From: Candidatus Bathyarchaeia archaeon
GTDB taxonomy: Archaea; Thermoproteota; Bathyarchaeia; Bathyarchaeales; Bathycorpusculaceae
Assembly: GCA_050012255.1 (NCBI GenBank)
Contig: JBEKHN010000004.1
Location: 1-64,000, forward strand
Direction of reading: 5' to 3'
Length of the DNA stretch: 64,000 nucleotides
This document shows positions 55,482-64,000 of this stretch, in pieces. Positions within the stretch are counted from its first letter, which is position 1. Every line of letters starts with the position of its first letter. The notes below the pieces were generated by a model that was not told the DNA's origin, made no database searches, and saw only the letters and a list, made by a program, of their open reading frames with translations. Both the position numbers and the translations under genes were made by a program.

Positions 55482-57008
55482 ATGAACACTCAGAGATCTG
55501 AGAAGTTTGAGACTATTTCAACAAGCTTGTGCCCAGAGTGCCTTCAGAGGATTCCTATGAGGATTTACGAGGAAAGCGGCGTCATCTACCTCGAGAAGAC
55601 GTGTCCTGAGCATGGAAAGTTTGAGGATGTTTACTGGGGGGACGCTGAACTGTTCAAGTATTTTTACGACAATTGGTACAACGCCCGGTACTGGGGTGGC
55701 GGCTTGGAAAACCCACACACCAAGACAGCCAAAGGATGCCCGTTTGACTGCGGAGTCTGTCCACAGCACAAGACGCCAACGATTTTGGGCATAATAGACG
55801 TAACAAACAGGTGTAACATGGCATGCCCGGTCTGTTTTGCCTATGTTGGGGTGACAAACTATGTCTATGAGCCTTCGTACGACCAGATTGTGGACATGAT
55901 CAAACTGCTCAGAGCCAACAGCCCTTGGGCGTGTAACGCTCTGCAGTTCAGCGGCGGGGAGCCAACTTTGAGGAATGATCTGCCCGACTTGATTCGGGAG
56001 GCTCAGAAGGCCGGAGTAGATCACGTTGAGGTCAACACAAACGGTATCCGCATCGCAGAAGACGTTGACTATTTCAAGAAGTTACTCGACGCCGGGTTGA
56101 GTACACTGTACCTTCAGTTTGACGGGTTAAGGGAGGACATCTACAAGAAAACTCGGGCTAGAGGTGACATGGTTCCGATAAAGCTGAAGGTCTTGGAGAA
56201 CGCGCGGAAAATCGGATTAGACTCTATTGTTCTGGTCGTTACCTATGCGAAAGGTGTGAACGACAAGGACATCGGCGAGATCATCGATTTCGCCGTCAAG
56301 AACCACGATGTTGTCAGGTGCGTTAACATTCAGCCTGTTTCGATGGCAGGAAAGGCTAGAAAAGAAGAAATGCGAAAGATGAGGATAACGATTCCTGACA
56401 CCATTAACGAGATTGAGAAGCAGACGAAAGGTGCAGTAGGTCGTTTTGATTGGAGACCGGTGAACTGGCCTGTCCCAATCTCCAAGGGAATGGGCCAAGT
56501 GAGAAACAGGCTTTATCCAGAGTTTACGATGCATCCTATGTGCGGAGCGGCTACATTCTTGGTCGTCGACAAGGACGGCTCTTACAAGCCTATCATGCAT
56601 TACGTGGATGTCGACAAGTTTGCTGAAGTGTTCTGGGATGCTTACTATTCTGGAGCCAAGGGCAAGAAGACGATGGCCAAGATGAAAATGCTTAAGCTGC
56701 TGCCCATGGCCAGATCTGACTTTGTCAGAGGCTTGATCAGGAATGTTGTGACGAAAGGAAGTTACAAGGCACTGGGAGAATTGATGCGGCGCATCGTCAT
56801 GATCGGAATAATGCATTTTCAAGACGTGTGGAACATTGACCTGGACCGCGTTCAGAAATGCGGGATCCACTACGCAACTCCCGACGGGAAAATACGATGC
56901 TTCTGCACGTACAACAGCATTCACAGACCTGAAGTGGAGAGACAATTTGCAGTGCCCATCGCTGAATGGACAAAGAAAACAGGAAAGAAAATCAATGAGC
57001 CAGTTTAG
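55482..57008 (+). CDS. tes: Tetraether lipid synthase (GDGT-MAS) radical SAM enzyme
   Basis: N-terminal SLCPEC...CPEHG, CPFDCGVCPQH, IDVTNRCNMACPVCFA, HPMCG, MHFQD...CGIHYATPDG...FCTYN. Confidence 0.85.
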   Translation: MNTQRSEKFETISTSLCPECLQRIPMRIYEESGVIYLEKTCPEHGKFEDVYWGDAELFKYFYDNWYNARYWGGGLENPHTKTAKGCPFDCGVCPQHKTPTILGIIDVTNRCNMACPVCFAYVGVTNYVYEPSYDQIVDMIKLLRANSPWACNALQFSGGEPTLRNDLPDLIREAQKAGVDHVEVNTNGIRIAEDVDYFKKLLDAGLSTLYLQFDGLREDIYKKTRARGDMVPIKLKVLENARKIGLDSIVLVVTYAKGVNDKDIGEIIDFAVKNHDVVRCVNIQPVSMAGKARKEEMRKMRITIPDTINEIEKQTKGAVGRFDWRPVNWPVPISKGMGQVRNRLYPEFTMHPMCGAATFLVVDKDGSYKPIMHYVDVDKFAEVFWDAYYSGAKGKKTMAKMKMLKLLPMARSDFVRGLIRNVVTKGSYKALGELMRRIVMIGIMHFQDVWNIDLDRVQKCGIHYATPDGKIRCFCTYNSIHRPEVERQFAVPIAEWTKKTGKKINEPV

Positions 57009-57031
57009 CAGAGCTGAGCTAGCGCAGGCTT

Positions 57032-58762
57032 TCAGGTTTTCTCGAGTTTCTTCTTTTCTTCTTCTTGAAGCACTCTTCTGAGCACTTTGCCAACGAGGGT
57101 CATGGGCAGCTCGGTTCTGAATTCAACCTCCCTGACAGCCTTGTATGGTGCTACCTTGCTGTTGACGAACTCCTTGATTTCCTCTGCTGTTGCTGTTTTT
57201 CCTTCTTTAAGCACGACGAAGGCTTTCGGGATTTCTCCTGCCACAGGGTCGAGCTTACCTATAACTGCGCAGAGCTTCACGGCCGGATGTTCATAGATGA
57301 CGTCTTCAACCTCTCTCGGGTAAACGCTGTAGCCCTTATACTTGATCAGGTCTTTCTTGCGGTCCGTGATGTAGAAGTAGCCGTCTTCGTCCATCTTACC
57401 TATGTCGCCCGTGTAGAGCCATCCGTTTCGAAGGACAGCGGCAGTTTCTTCAGCCATTTTCCAGTAACCCTTCATCACCTGCGGACCCTTAACCACCACT
57501 TCCCCTGTCTCGCCCGTCGTAAGCTCCTTTTCTCCAGTTTCCATGTCCATGACCTTCGCGTCTGTATCAGGCCACGGCAAGCCTATAGAACCTACCTTAA
57601 CAGTTTTCAATGACTTGTCAAGGGGGTTGCAGTGGGTGACGGGTGACGATTCTGTAAGTCCATAACCTTCCACTAGAACGCCTCCCGTCGCTTCCATCCA
57701 ATTCTTCTGAACCTCAGGCGGAAGAGGAGCTGAACCCGAAATACAGAAACGAACTGACCTCAAGTCATACCTCTTACAGTCTGGATGGGCAAGCAGCATC
57801 GAGTACATCGTCGGTGCCCCGCAGAAGACAGTGACCTTGTGCCTCTGGATTGCCTGAAACGTGCTTACTGCGTCAAAGCGCGGTACCATGACCATCTCTC
57901 CAGCCAAATAGATCGGAGCGTTCATGCCCGTTGTCATTCCGTAGATGTGAAAAAGAGGCAACACGGTCAGGAACGTTTCCCCGCCTCTTGCTCCCCTGAG
58001 CCACTCAGCGCAGCAGACAGCGTTCGAGACAAGGTTCATGTGAGTCAACATTGCTCCCTTTGCGATGCCAGTGGTTCCGCCAGTGTACTGAAGAGCTACG
58101 ATGTCTTCATTCGGATTGATGTCGACTTTCGGCGGGTTTGCTTCACACTTGCTCAACAATTCTTGGAAGAAGTAAACATTAGGTCCACGTGTAACCTTGT
58201 GTGAAGGAATCTTCTTCAGCAGCGAACCCAGAAAAGCCGTGACTGCAGGCATGTACTCTTTTAAACCCGTTGCAATCACCCTTTTGACCTTGGTGCTTGC
58301 CAAAACCTTTTCCAAGATTGGGTAAAGCGCGTCCAAGACAACAACTGTTTCTGCTTCAGAATCGTTCAGCTGATGCGCCACTTCTCGCTCTCGGTATAAC
58401 GGGCTTATGGCGGTCTCGATAGCCCCTATTTTTGTGATGCCGTAATAAGAGATGACGAATTGAGGTATGTTTGGCAGGAAAATGGCGACCTTGTCGCCCT
58501 TCTTAACGCTCAAACCGTCCAGCGCAGTTGCAAACCTGTCTGAAAGATTATTGAGCTCTCGGTAGGTCATCACTTTGTTGAAGTAAACTATGGCAGTGTG
58601 CTCAGGGAATTTCTCAGCTGTTTCTTCAAGCAGGCCGTGAAGCGGAACTTCGGGAAAGTCTATGTGCCTCCGAACTCCTTCGGGCCAAAACTTGAACCAC
58701 GGCTTCTCAGACGGTTCCTCAGTGAATGATCGTTCTTTGATCTTCCTCTTCTTTGCCGACAT
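57032..58762 (-). CDS. Long-chain fatty acid--CoA ligase
   Basis: QYTGGTTGIAKG, EGYGLTE, YTGDIG, DRKKDLIK, TLVGKVLRR. Confidence 0.92.
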   Translation of the reverse strand: MSAKKRKIKERSFTEEPSEKPWFKFWPEGVRRHIDFPEVPLHGLLEETAEKFPEHTAIVYFNKVMTYRELNNLSDRFATALDGLSVKKGDKVAIFLPNIPQFVISYYGITKIGAIETAISPLYREREVAHQLNDSEAETVVVLDALYPILEKVLASTKVKRVIATGLKEYMPAVTAFLGSLLKKIPSHKVTRGPNVYFFQELLSKCEANPPKVDINPNEDIVALQYTGGTTGIAKGAMLTHMNLVSNAVCCAEWLRGARGGETFLTVLPLFHIYGMTTGMNAPIYLAGEMVMVPRFDAVSTFQAIQRHKVTVFCGAPTMYSMLLAHPDCKRYDLRSVRFCISGSAPLPPEVQKNWMEATGGVLVEGYGLTESSPVTHCNPLDKSLKTVKVGSIGLPWPDTDAKVMDMETGEKELTTGETGEVVVKGPQVMKGYWKMAEETAAVLRNGWLYTGDIGKMDEDGYFYITDRKKDLIKYKGYSVYPREVEDVIYEHPAVKLCAVIGKLDPVAGEIPKAFVVLKEGKTATAEEIKEFVNSKVAPYKAVREVEFRTELPMTLVGKVLRRVLQEEEKKKLEKT

Positions 58763-58897
58763 AGTCAGCCCTATTCTTGAATATTCGCTGCGTCAGGAAG
58801 TAATAACGCTTTCCACGAATAGTTTAACGTCGCGACACGTTTTCTCTACCAATTTCATTTCCTGAAAAACCGCACGTATAAGGCTTGAGCCATTCTG

Positions 58898-59356
58898 TTA
58901 TCTACGGGCAGAAATGGCTTTAGCAATCAAGCCTGCGAAAAGTATGGGAAGACCAATCCCTATTAAATCGAAACTGAGCCAAGCATACGGCCTGTATGTA
59001 TTGACTTCCTGATAAGGTATCAGCTTTCCACCTGGACCCCTTTGATATACGGTGACAACGCTTGCCACTGCTTGAAACTCAATAACCGCGAAGGAGAGAG
59101 CCAAAAAAGCAACGCAGACGCAAATCAATATTGTCCCTAGGCCGTTCAGCGAGAGTAGCTTTAAGGAGAAAAGTCCGACGCGAGCAAAAAAGCCAAAGAT
59201 GAACAAAACAATTCCGAAGAAAAAAGCGACCACAGACACGAGTGAACCGAAATTCTCGACATAAAACAGTCCTACAACCAAGAGCACTATGCCTGAAAAA
59301 ATCATGAGGTTTCCAGAGTACTCCTGCAAGTATTCTTTTAACACGTCTATTGCCAT
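58898..59356 (-). CDS. Hypothetical membrane protein (about four TM helices)
   Basis: Clean ORF with hydrophobic segments. Confidence 0.7.
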   Translation of the reverse strand: MAIDVLKEYLQEYSGNLMIFSGIVLLVVGLFYVENFGSLVSVVAFFFGIVLFIFGFFARVGLFSLKLLSLNGLGTILICVCVAFLALSFAVIEFQAVASVVTVYQRGPGGKLIPYQEVNTYRPYAWLSFDLIGIGLPILFAGLIAKAISARR

Positions 59357-59720
59357 TCATTTCGCCTTGAGTGCCATGCCAGCAAGCCTAATCAGATCTC
59401 AACCTTAACAGAAAAGTCACACTCTTTACATTTAAGCGCAACGGTCGTTACCTCGGGCCAAGGGATTTGGCATGTTCCTCAAGCGCGCGCTGTCTCTATC
59501 TCCAAGGTTCTTCGGCAGGGTTGCCCTACACGCACCTCTGTTAATAGTGAAGAATGTCTCTCGTCTCCTTTTGCTTTGTGCGTCTTATGTTAGAAACGTC
59601 GGCCAAAGCCAAACTTTGAGATCGCTCAAACCGTGTGCAAGGATAAGCATGGAAAAGGAAAAAAGGGGAAGATGCGCGAAATATCTAGGCTCAGCGAACA
59701 ATCCTGCGGAGGGAAAGTCT

Positions 59721-60557
59721 ATGCAAACCGAGCAAGTGTCAATACTGTGTGAAAACGCGAGGCTGTACGCTCAATTGCACATTCCTGACATTGTTCCAGC
59801 CCCGGCTGTACTTGTTTGCCACTTCATGGATGCCCGAGGCTATCACGGGCTAGGGATCTACACTCGTCTGGCTGAGGTTGCCTGTCAAGCCGGGTTTGTG
59901 TCTTTGACTTTCGATTTTCGCGGAGTCGGGAAAAGCACTGGGCAGTTTGATTACGGTTTGGGAGAGCAGCAGGACGTGAAATGCGCTTTGAGTTATCTGA
60001 CCTCGAAAAAAGAAGTTTTACCTAACAGCATCTTTGTCGTTGGACACAGCCTAGGCGCGGCAGTGTCGCTCTACGCTGTTCAGAACGATGCGCGAATCAA
60101 GGGCCTCGTGTTGTGGTCTCCGCCTAAGAACCACGATTACAACGTTAAGAAGTTCATAAGACGCACAAGGGGCAGAATGGGCCTTTACGCGTTTCTTCTC
60201 TTCTCCCAGCTTGACCGAGTTTTCAACGTTTCACGAGTGTTCAAAATGGAAGTCTTCGGAATAGATCTACGTTTGAGAGATGTCCGTGGAAAACTCATGA
60301 AACTAGACGAGTGTAAGGTGATTCAGAAGCTGAAGAATTTGCCCGTGCTGATAGTCATTGGCGATGCGGATGACATTCACGGTCTAGATGAAGCTCAGGA
60401 GGTTTATTCATGTGCGCATGATTCTAAGACCCTCTTGGTGATAAAAGGGGCGAATCACGGTTATGAAGGTAAAGAGGATGAATTGGTAGCCAAGACAATG
60501 GAATGGATAAGAAACGTGGAAGCTGGAAGTCTCAAGTGCAACGGTTATCTCGGTTGA
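59721..60557 (+). CDS. Alpha/beta hydrolase
   Basis: FDFRGVGKSTG, GHSLG nucleophile elbow, GDADD, GANH; ATG 59721. Confidence 0.85.
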   Translation: MQTEQVSILCENARLYAQLHIPDIVPAPAVLVCHFMDARGYHGLGIYTRLAEVACQAGFVSLTFDFRGVGKSTGQFDYGLGEQQDVKCALSYLTSKKEVLPNSIFVVGHSLGAAVSLYAVQNDARIKGLVLWSPPKNHDYNVKKFIRRTRGRMGLYAFLLFSQLDRVFNVSRVFKMEVFGIDLRLRDVRGKLMKLDECKVIQKLKNLPVLIVIGDADDIHGLDEAQEVYSCAHDSKTLLVIKGANHGYEGKEDELVAKTMEWIRNVEAGSLKCNGYLG

Positions 60558-60991
60558 AGAGGCACAAACTCGTAGGTTAGGTTTCCTTCAGTTGTGACTT
60601 TGGCCACTAGCTTTGCTCTCATGCCAACTTTTACTTCTGAAAGCTTGAATCCCGTTAGCCATGCAAGCACCTTCACACCTTCCTTCAACCTTCCGATAGC
60701 GACGGTGTACGGCTTGTTTTGCTGGAAAGTGGTCGGCCTTACGACTACATGTGTGAATGTTTCAATTTCTGCCTCGCTGCTAAGCTCAACCCACTCAAGA
60801 CCCGTGGATAAGCATTCAGCGCAGTCAACGTTTGGCGGGAAATAGATTTTTCCGCAGCCTTTGCATCTGGTCGCGTAGACTTTTCCCTCTCTTAGGCCTT
60901 CGTAAAACTTCAGATTCTTACTTATCGGTATCTCCTGAACAATCTTTATTTCCCTTGATTTTATCGATGGCATCGAGGGCATTCTATTCAC
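60545..60991 (-). CDS. DUF35 Zn-ribbon/OB-fold thiolase partner protein
   Basis: CKGCG..YFPP..DCAEC, ETFTHV, PYTVAI; coupled to the thiolase. Confidence 0.88.
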   Translation of the reverse strand: MNRMPSMPSIKSREIKIVQEIPISKNLKFYEGLREGKVYATRCKGCGKIYFPPNVDCAECLSTGLEWVELSSEAEIETFTHVVVRPTTFQQNKPYTVAIGRLKEGVKVLAWLTGFKLSEVKVGMRAKLVAKVTTEGNLTYEFVPLQPR

Positions 60992-62166
60992 CTCCGCAGG
61001 ATAGTCACGTAGCAGTAGTGTCCAGTTCCGCCTACGTTGTGTGCGAGACCGATGTTGTTTTTCAGCGGCACCTGCCTGCCTTTTTCAGCCTCTCCCCTCA
61101 ACTGTTTTGTAAGCTCGTACATCATTGAACAACCTGTTGTGCCGATGGGATGACCTTTAGATTTCAGCCCGCCGTCCATGTTCACAGGGATTTTTCCGCC
61201 GATTTCGGTCTGTCCCTCTCGCAGAAGCTTTACTCCTTCACCTTTTGCACAGAATCCAACGTCCTCATATGCCATGATTTCTGCAATGGTGAAACAGTCG
61301 TGCACTTCCGCGAAGTCAACCTCGCTTGGTGTTATACCTGCGGCTTTGTAAGCTCTTTGTGAAGCTAGTGCACTTGCTTCTAAACCGACAAAGTTTGATC
61401 GTTTGCTGAGGTTTGCGGTTCCTGAAGAATAGCCGATTCCGGCGATCCATATTGGCGTGTCAACTTTCAGTTCTTTGACTTTTTCTTCAGATGCGAGAAC
61501 AAGCGCTGCCGCCCCATCTGTCAAGGGGCAACAGTCGAAGAGCTTTAGGGGTGAAGCGATAACCATTGAGTTGAGAACGTCGTCAACTGTAATTTTGTTT
61601 CGAAGGTGGGCAATTGGGTTCATAGAACCGTATTTGTGGTTTTTCACGGCTACAAGCGCCAGGTCTTCTTCGGTTGTTCCGTACTTGGCCATGTGAGCGT
61701 TTGCGTACAATGCATAGTAGGCTGGGAAGGTTACTCCGAAGTTATGAAACTCCCAGAGATAATAGCCTGCTCGACCTATCCATTCCATGGCTGTTGCGGA
61801 GTCGATTTCCCTCATCTTCTCGACGCCCATTGCCATGGCTATGTCTGCGTGACCACTGGCAATGGCTGAATATGCCGTGAAGAAAGCTGCGCTACCGCTT
61901 GCACATGCTGCTTCACATCGCACGAGCCCTGTCTTTGTCATCCCACAGTATTCTGAAACAACCACTGCTGGAAGCAGCTCTTCATACCAAGCTCCTGCCC
62001 CAACAGACCCAAGAGCGACAAACTGAATGTCACTCGCAGCTAAGCCTGCGTCTTCAAGAGACGGTCTTACAGCTTCAAAAGCAAGCTCAGAAATGGTCAC
62101 ATCGTTTCTTGCTCCAAACTTTGAGTTGCCAATTCCTATCACTGCCACATTTTTCACGCCAAACAC
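60988..62166 (-). CDS. Thiolase (acetyl-CoA acyltransferase, archaeal type)
   Basis: EAACASG, GVEKM, TDGAAA, EVHDCFT, GGLKSKGHPIG, HNVGG. Confidence 0.92.
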   Translation of the reverse strand: MFGVKNVAVIGIGNSKFGARNDVTISELAFEAVRPSLEDAGLAASDIQFVALGSVGAGAWYEELLPAVVVSEYCGMTKTGLVRCEAACASGSAAFFTAYSAIASGHADIAMAMGVEKMREIDSATAMEWIGRAGYYLWEFHNFGVTFPAYYALYANAHMAKYGTTEEDLALVAVKNHKYGSMNPIAHLRNKITVDDVLNSMVIASPLKLFDCCPLTDGAAALVLASEEKVKELKVDTPIWIAGIGYSSGTANLSKRSNFVGLEASALASQRAYKAAGITPSEVDFAEVHDCFTIAEIMAYEDVGFCAKGEGVKLLREGQTEIGGKIPVNMDGGLKSKGHPIGTTGCSMMYELTKQLRGEAEKGRQVPLKNNIGLAHNVGGTGHYCYVTILRR

Positions 62167-62221
62167 ACCCTTCTAGTTAACTTAAGATGCACAAAAAAGT
62201 GAAAGAAAGAGGATGTTAAAG

Positions 62222-63016
62222 CTATTTGCCTTTAAACTCGGCCTTTCGCTTGGAGAAGAAAGCTTCTACGCCTTCTTTGAGGTCTTCTGTTGAGCATGAC
62301 AGCGCAAAGAGTGCTGCTTCCAGCCGCAACCCAACTTCCAAAGGCACCTGTGTTCCAAAGTTCATTGCGTGCTTCACATATTTCATGGCTATCGGGGGTC
62401 TTTCAGCAAGCTCCTTAGCGATTGTCCTGACCTCGTCTTTAAGCTTCTCGTAGTGGACAACCTTGTGCACTAGACCTATTCTCAGTGCTTCATCGGCTTT
62501 GATCCTGTTTCCAAGCATCACCATTTCCTTAGCCCTCGCTAGACCCACTATCCTGACGAGTCTCTGCGTTCCACCCCATCCTGGGATCAAGCCCAGCCTG
62601 ATCTCTGTATTTCCAAGCTCGACATGTTCGGCCGCTATCCTGAGGTCGCACGCCATTGCAAGTTCGAGGCCACCGCCAAGAGCGTAACCGTTTATAGCAG
62701 CGATGACTGGTTTGGACATTTCTTCAACCTTTCCAAAAGTCTCCTGCCCTTTCCTCGCAGCTTCTTCGGCGTAGACAGGAGTTCCTTTCATCATAGTTAA
62801 GTCTGCGCCCGCACTGAAGGCGCGGTCGCCTTCGCCCGTTATCACAACGCATTTGATGCTTGGGTCGCTTTCTGCAGTGTTGAGCATGTCCAGAAGCTCT
62901 TCGATCATGACAGCGTTGAAAGCGTTGAGGCGTTGAGGTCTATTCAGTATGATCCACAGTGTGCCTTCTTCCCTTTCTATTTTGAGGGTCTCGTATGCTT
63001 TGCTCACACTTTTCAC
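62222..63016 (-). CDS. Enoyl-CoA hydratase/isomerase
   Basis: LNRPQRLNA, FSAGADL, GYALGGGLELA, EIRLGLIPGWGGTQRL. Confidence 0.93.
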   Translation of the reverse strand: MKSVSKAYETLKIEREEGTLWIILNRPQRLNAFNAVMIEELLDMLNTAESDPSIKCVVITGEGDRAFSAGADLTMMKGTPVYAEEAARKGQETFGKVEEMSKPVIAAINGYALGGGLELAMACDLRIAAEHVELGNTEIRLGLIPGWGGTQRLVRIVGLARAKEMVMLGNRIKADEALRIGLVHKVVHYEKLKDEVRTIAKELAERPPIAMKYVKHAMNFGTQVPLEVGLRLEAALFALSCSTEDLKEGVEAFFSKRKAEFKGK

Positions 63017-63066
63017 CTATTTCCTTGTTTGTTTCATCTGCATATATGATTTTTTCACTTAGCCCT

Positions 63067-64000
63067 CTAATACTTGCTCAGAAGATACTTTAGCACCTGC
63101 AGCTTTTGAATCTCGCTTGTTCCCTCGTAAATTTCAGTTATCTTTGCGTCTCTATGGTATTTTTCAACGCGGTATTCACCGAAGTATCCGTAGCCTCCTA
63201 AGGTTTGGATTGCCGAGTTCGTAGCTTCCATTGCAACGTGGCTTGCGTAGTATTTCGCCATAGCTGTTGCCATAGCATCCAGTTTTCCTTCGTCAACCAA
63301 AGCTGCAGCCTTGTAGGTGAGTAACCTTGCAGCTTCGATCTTTGTTGCCATCTCTGCTAACGTGACTCCTATTGCTTCGTGCTGCATTATCGGCATGCCG
63401 AAGGCTTCTCGCTGTTTAGCATACTTGAAGGCAATTTCCCATGCTCCCTGCGCCATGCCAACGGCTTGTGCAGCAACGCCTACTCTGGTCTTGTCGAAGA
63501 ACTCCATAGAATAGTAGAATCCCTTGTTCAGTTCTCCTATTATGTTCCAGTCTGTCACTTTGACGTTGCTGAAGTTTAGCTCCCCAGTTATGGATGCTCT
63601 GATTCCCATCTTGTTGTGCAGTTTCGTGGCTTCAAGGCCGGGTGTTCCCTTGTCAACCACAAACAGTGTTTCGCCACGGTGTGTAGGTCTGATCTTAGTG
63701 TCTGTTTGGGTCAGAACGACTATGAAATCCGCAACCGTGGCGTTTGTGATGAAGGTTTTCGGTCCGTTTATCCACCATTCGTTTCCATACTTGGTGGCTG
63801 TGGTTTCCATGTGGTTTATGTCGCTTCCGCTGACGTTTGGTTCAGTGAACGCTGCAGCAGACATGAAGTCGCCTCTGCATATCGGGGGCAAATACGTCTC
63901 TTTCTGCTCTTTGCTTCCGTGAGTCATGATGAATTCGCTGCCAAAGTTTCCGCTTGAGATAGCAACGCCAAACGATGAGTCTCCGCGGCACATTTCCTCT
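63067..64000 (-). CDS. Acyl-CoA dehydrogenase (N-terminus outside window)
   Basis: FTEPNVSGSD, KTFITN, KMGIR, REAFG, GGYGY, IYEGTSEIQ. Confidence 0.93.
   Translation of the reverse strand, partial: EEMCRGDSSFGVAISSGNFGSEFIMTHGSKEQKETYLPPICRGDFMSAAAFTEPNVSGSDINHMETTATKYGNEWWINGPKTFITNATVADFIVVLTQTDTKIRPTHRGETLFVVDKGTPGLEATKLHNKMGIRASITGELNFSNVKVTDWNIIGELNKGFYYSMEFFDKTRVGVAAQAVGMAQGAWEIAFKYAKQREAFGMPIMQHEAIGVTLAEMATKIEAARLLTYKAAALVDEGKLDAMATAMAKYYASHVAMEATNSAIQTLGGYGYFGEYRVEKYHRDAKITEIYEGTSEIQKLQVLKYLLSKY

Noticed and set aside
59472-59720. N-terminal 83-aa extension of the alpha/beta hydrolase (likewise the long starts given for Mrp, hypD, hypC, uL22 and GT4)
   Set aside because: The extensions are not protein-like or overlap neighbouring genes; downstream starts fit the family N-termini better.
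1-64000. CRISPR array, rRNA or intact transposase/integrase
   Set aside because: No regularly spaced repeats, rRNA-like sequence or full-length recombinase seen by eye.

Overview
Archaeal chromosome segment, most consistent with Bathyarchaeia. This assignment is an inference from the archaeal r-protein set, Tes, an IPEF-type C-terminal sorting signal, a '...YEYICEMEYVKLFRKRK' integrase-type tail and GGAGGTGA RBSs. Bases 1-23.3 kb look like an accessory, partly decayed island ending at tRNA-Cys. It holds a DUF134/Mrp/NifX/CDF metal-cofactor operon, four primary ion pumps (H+-PPase, P2A, P3A and P1B ATPases), arsC/arsR, a surface protein, an ABC exporter and several mobile-element scars. The rest is core-like: ThiF, DNA ligase, a threonine-synthase-like/wHTH fusion with an ECF S component and an AIR-synthase-like gene, GT2/GT4/radical SAM, the uL22-to-cmk ribosomal protein operon with an inserted Hsp20, hypEFCD, tetraether synthase Tes and an acyl-CoA (beta-oxidation-type) cluster. 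The best candidate for an undescribed system is 27.0-30.2 kb. There a ThrC-fold protein has lost its PLP Schiff-base lysine (SFKDR to SYRDR) and is fused to a DNA-binding wHTH. It sits next to a perfect operator palindrome, a vitamin-type ECF S component and a ThiL/HypE-fold enzyme, which suggests a pseudo-enzyme-regulated vitamin (B6-like) salvage module. All family calls come from motif recognition; no searches were run.
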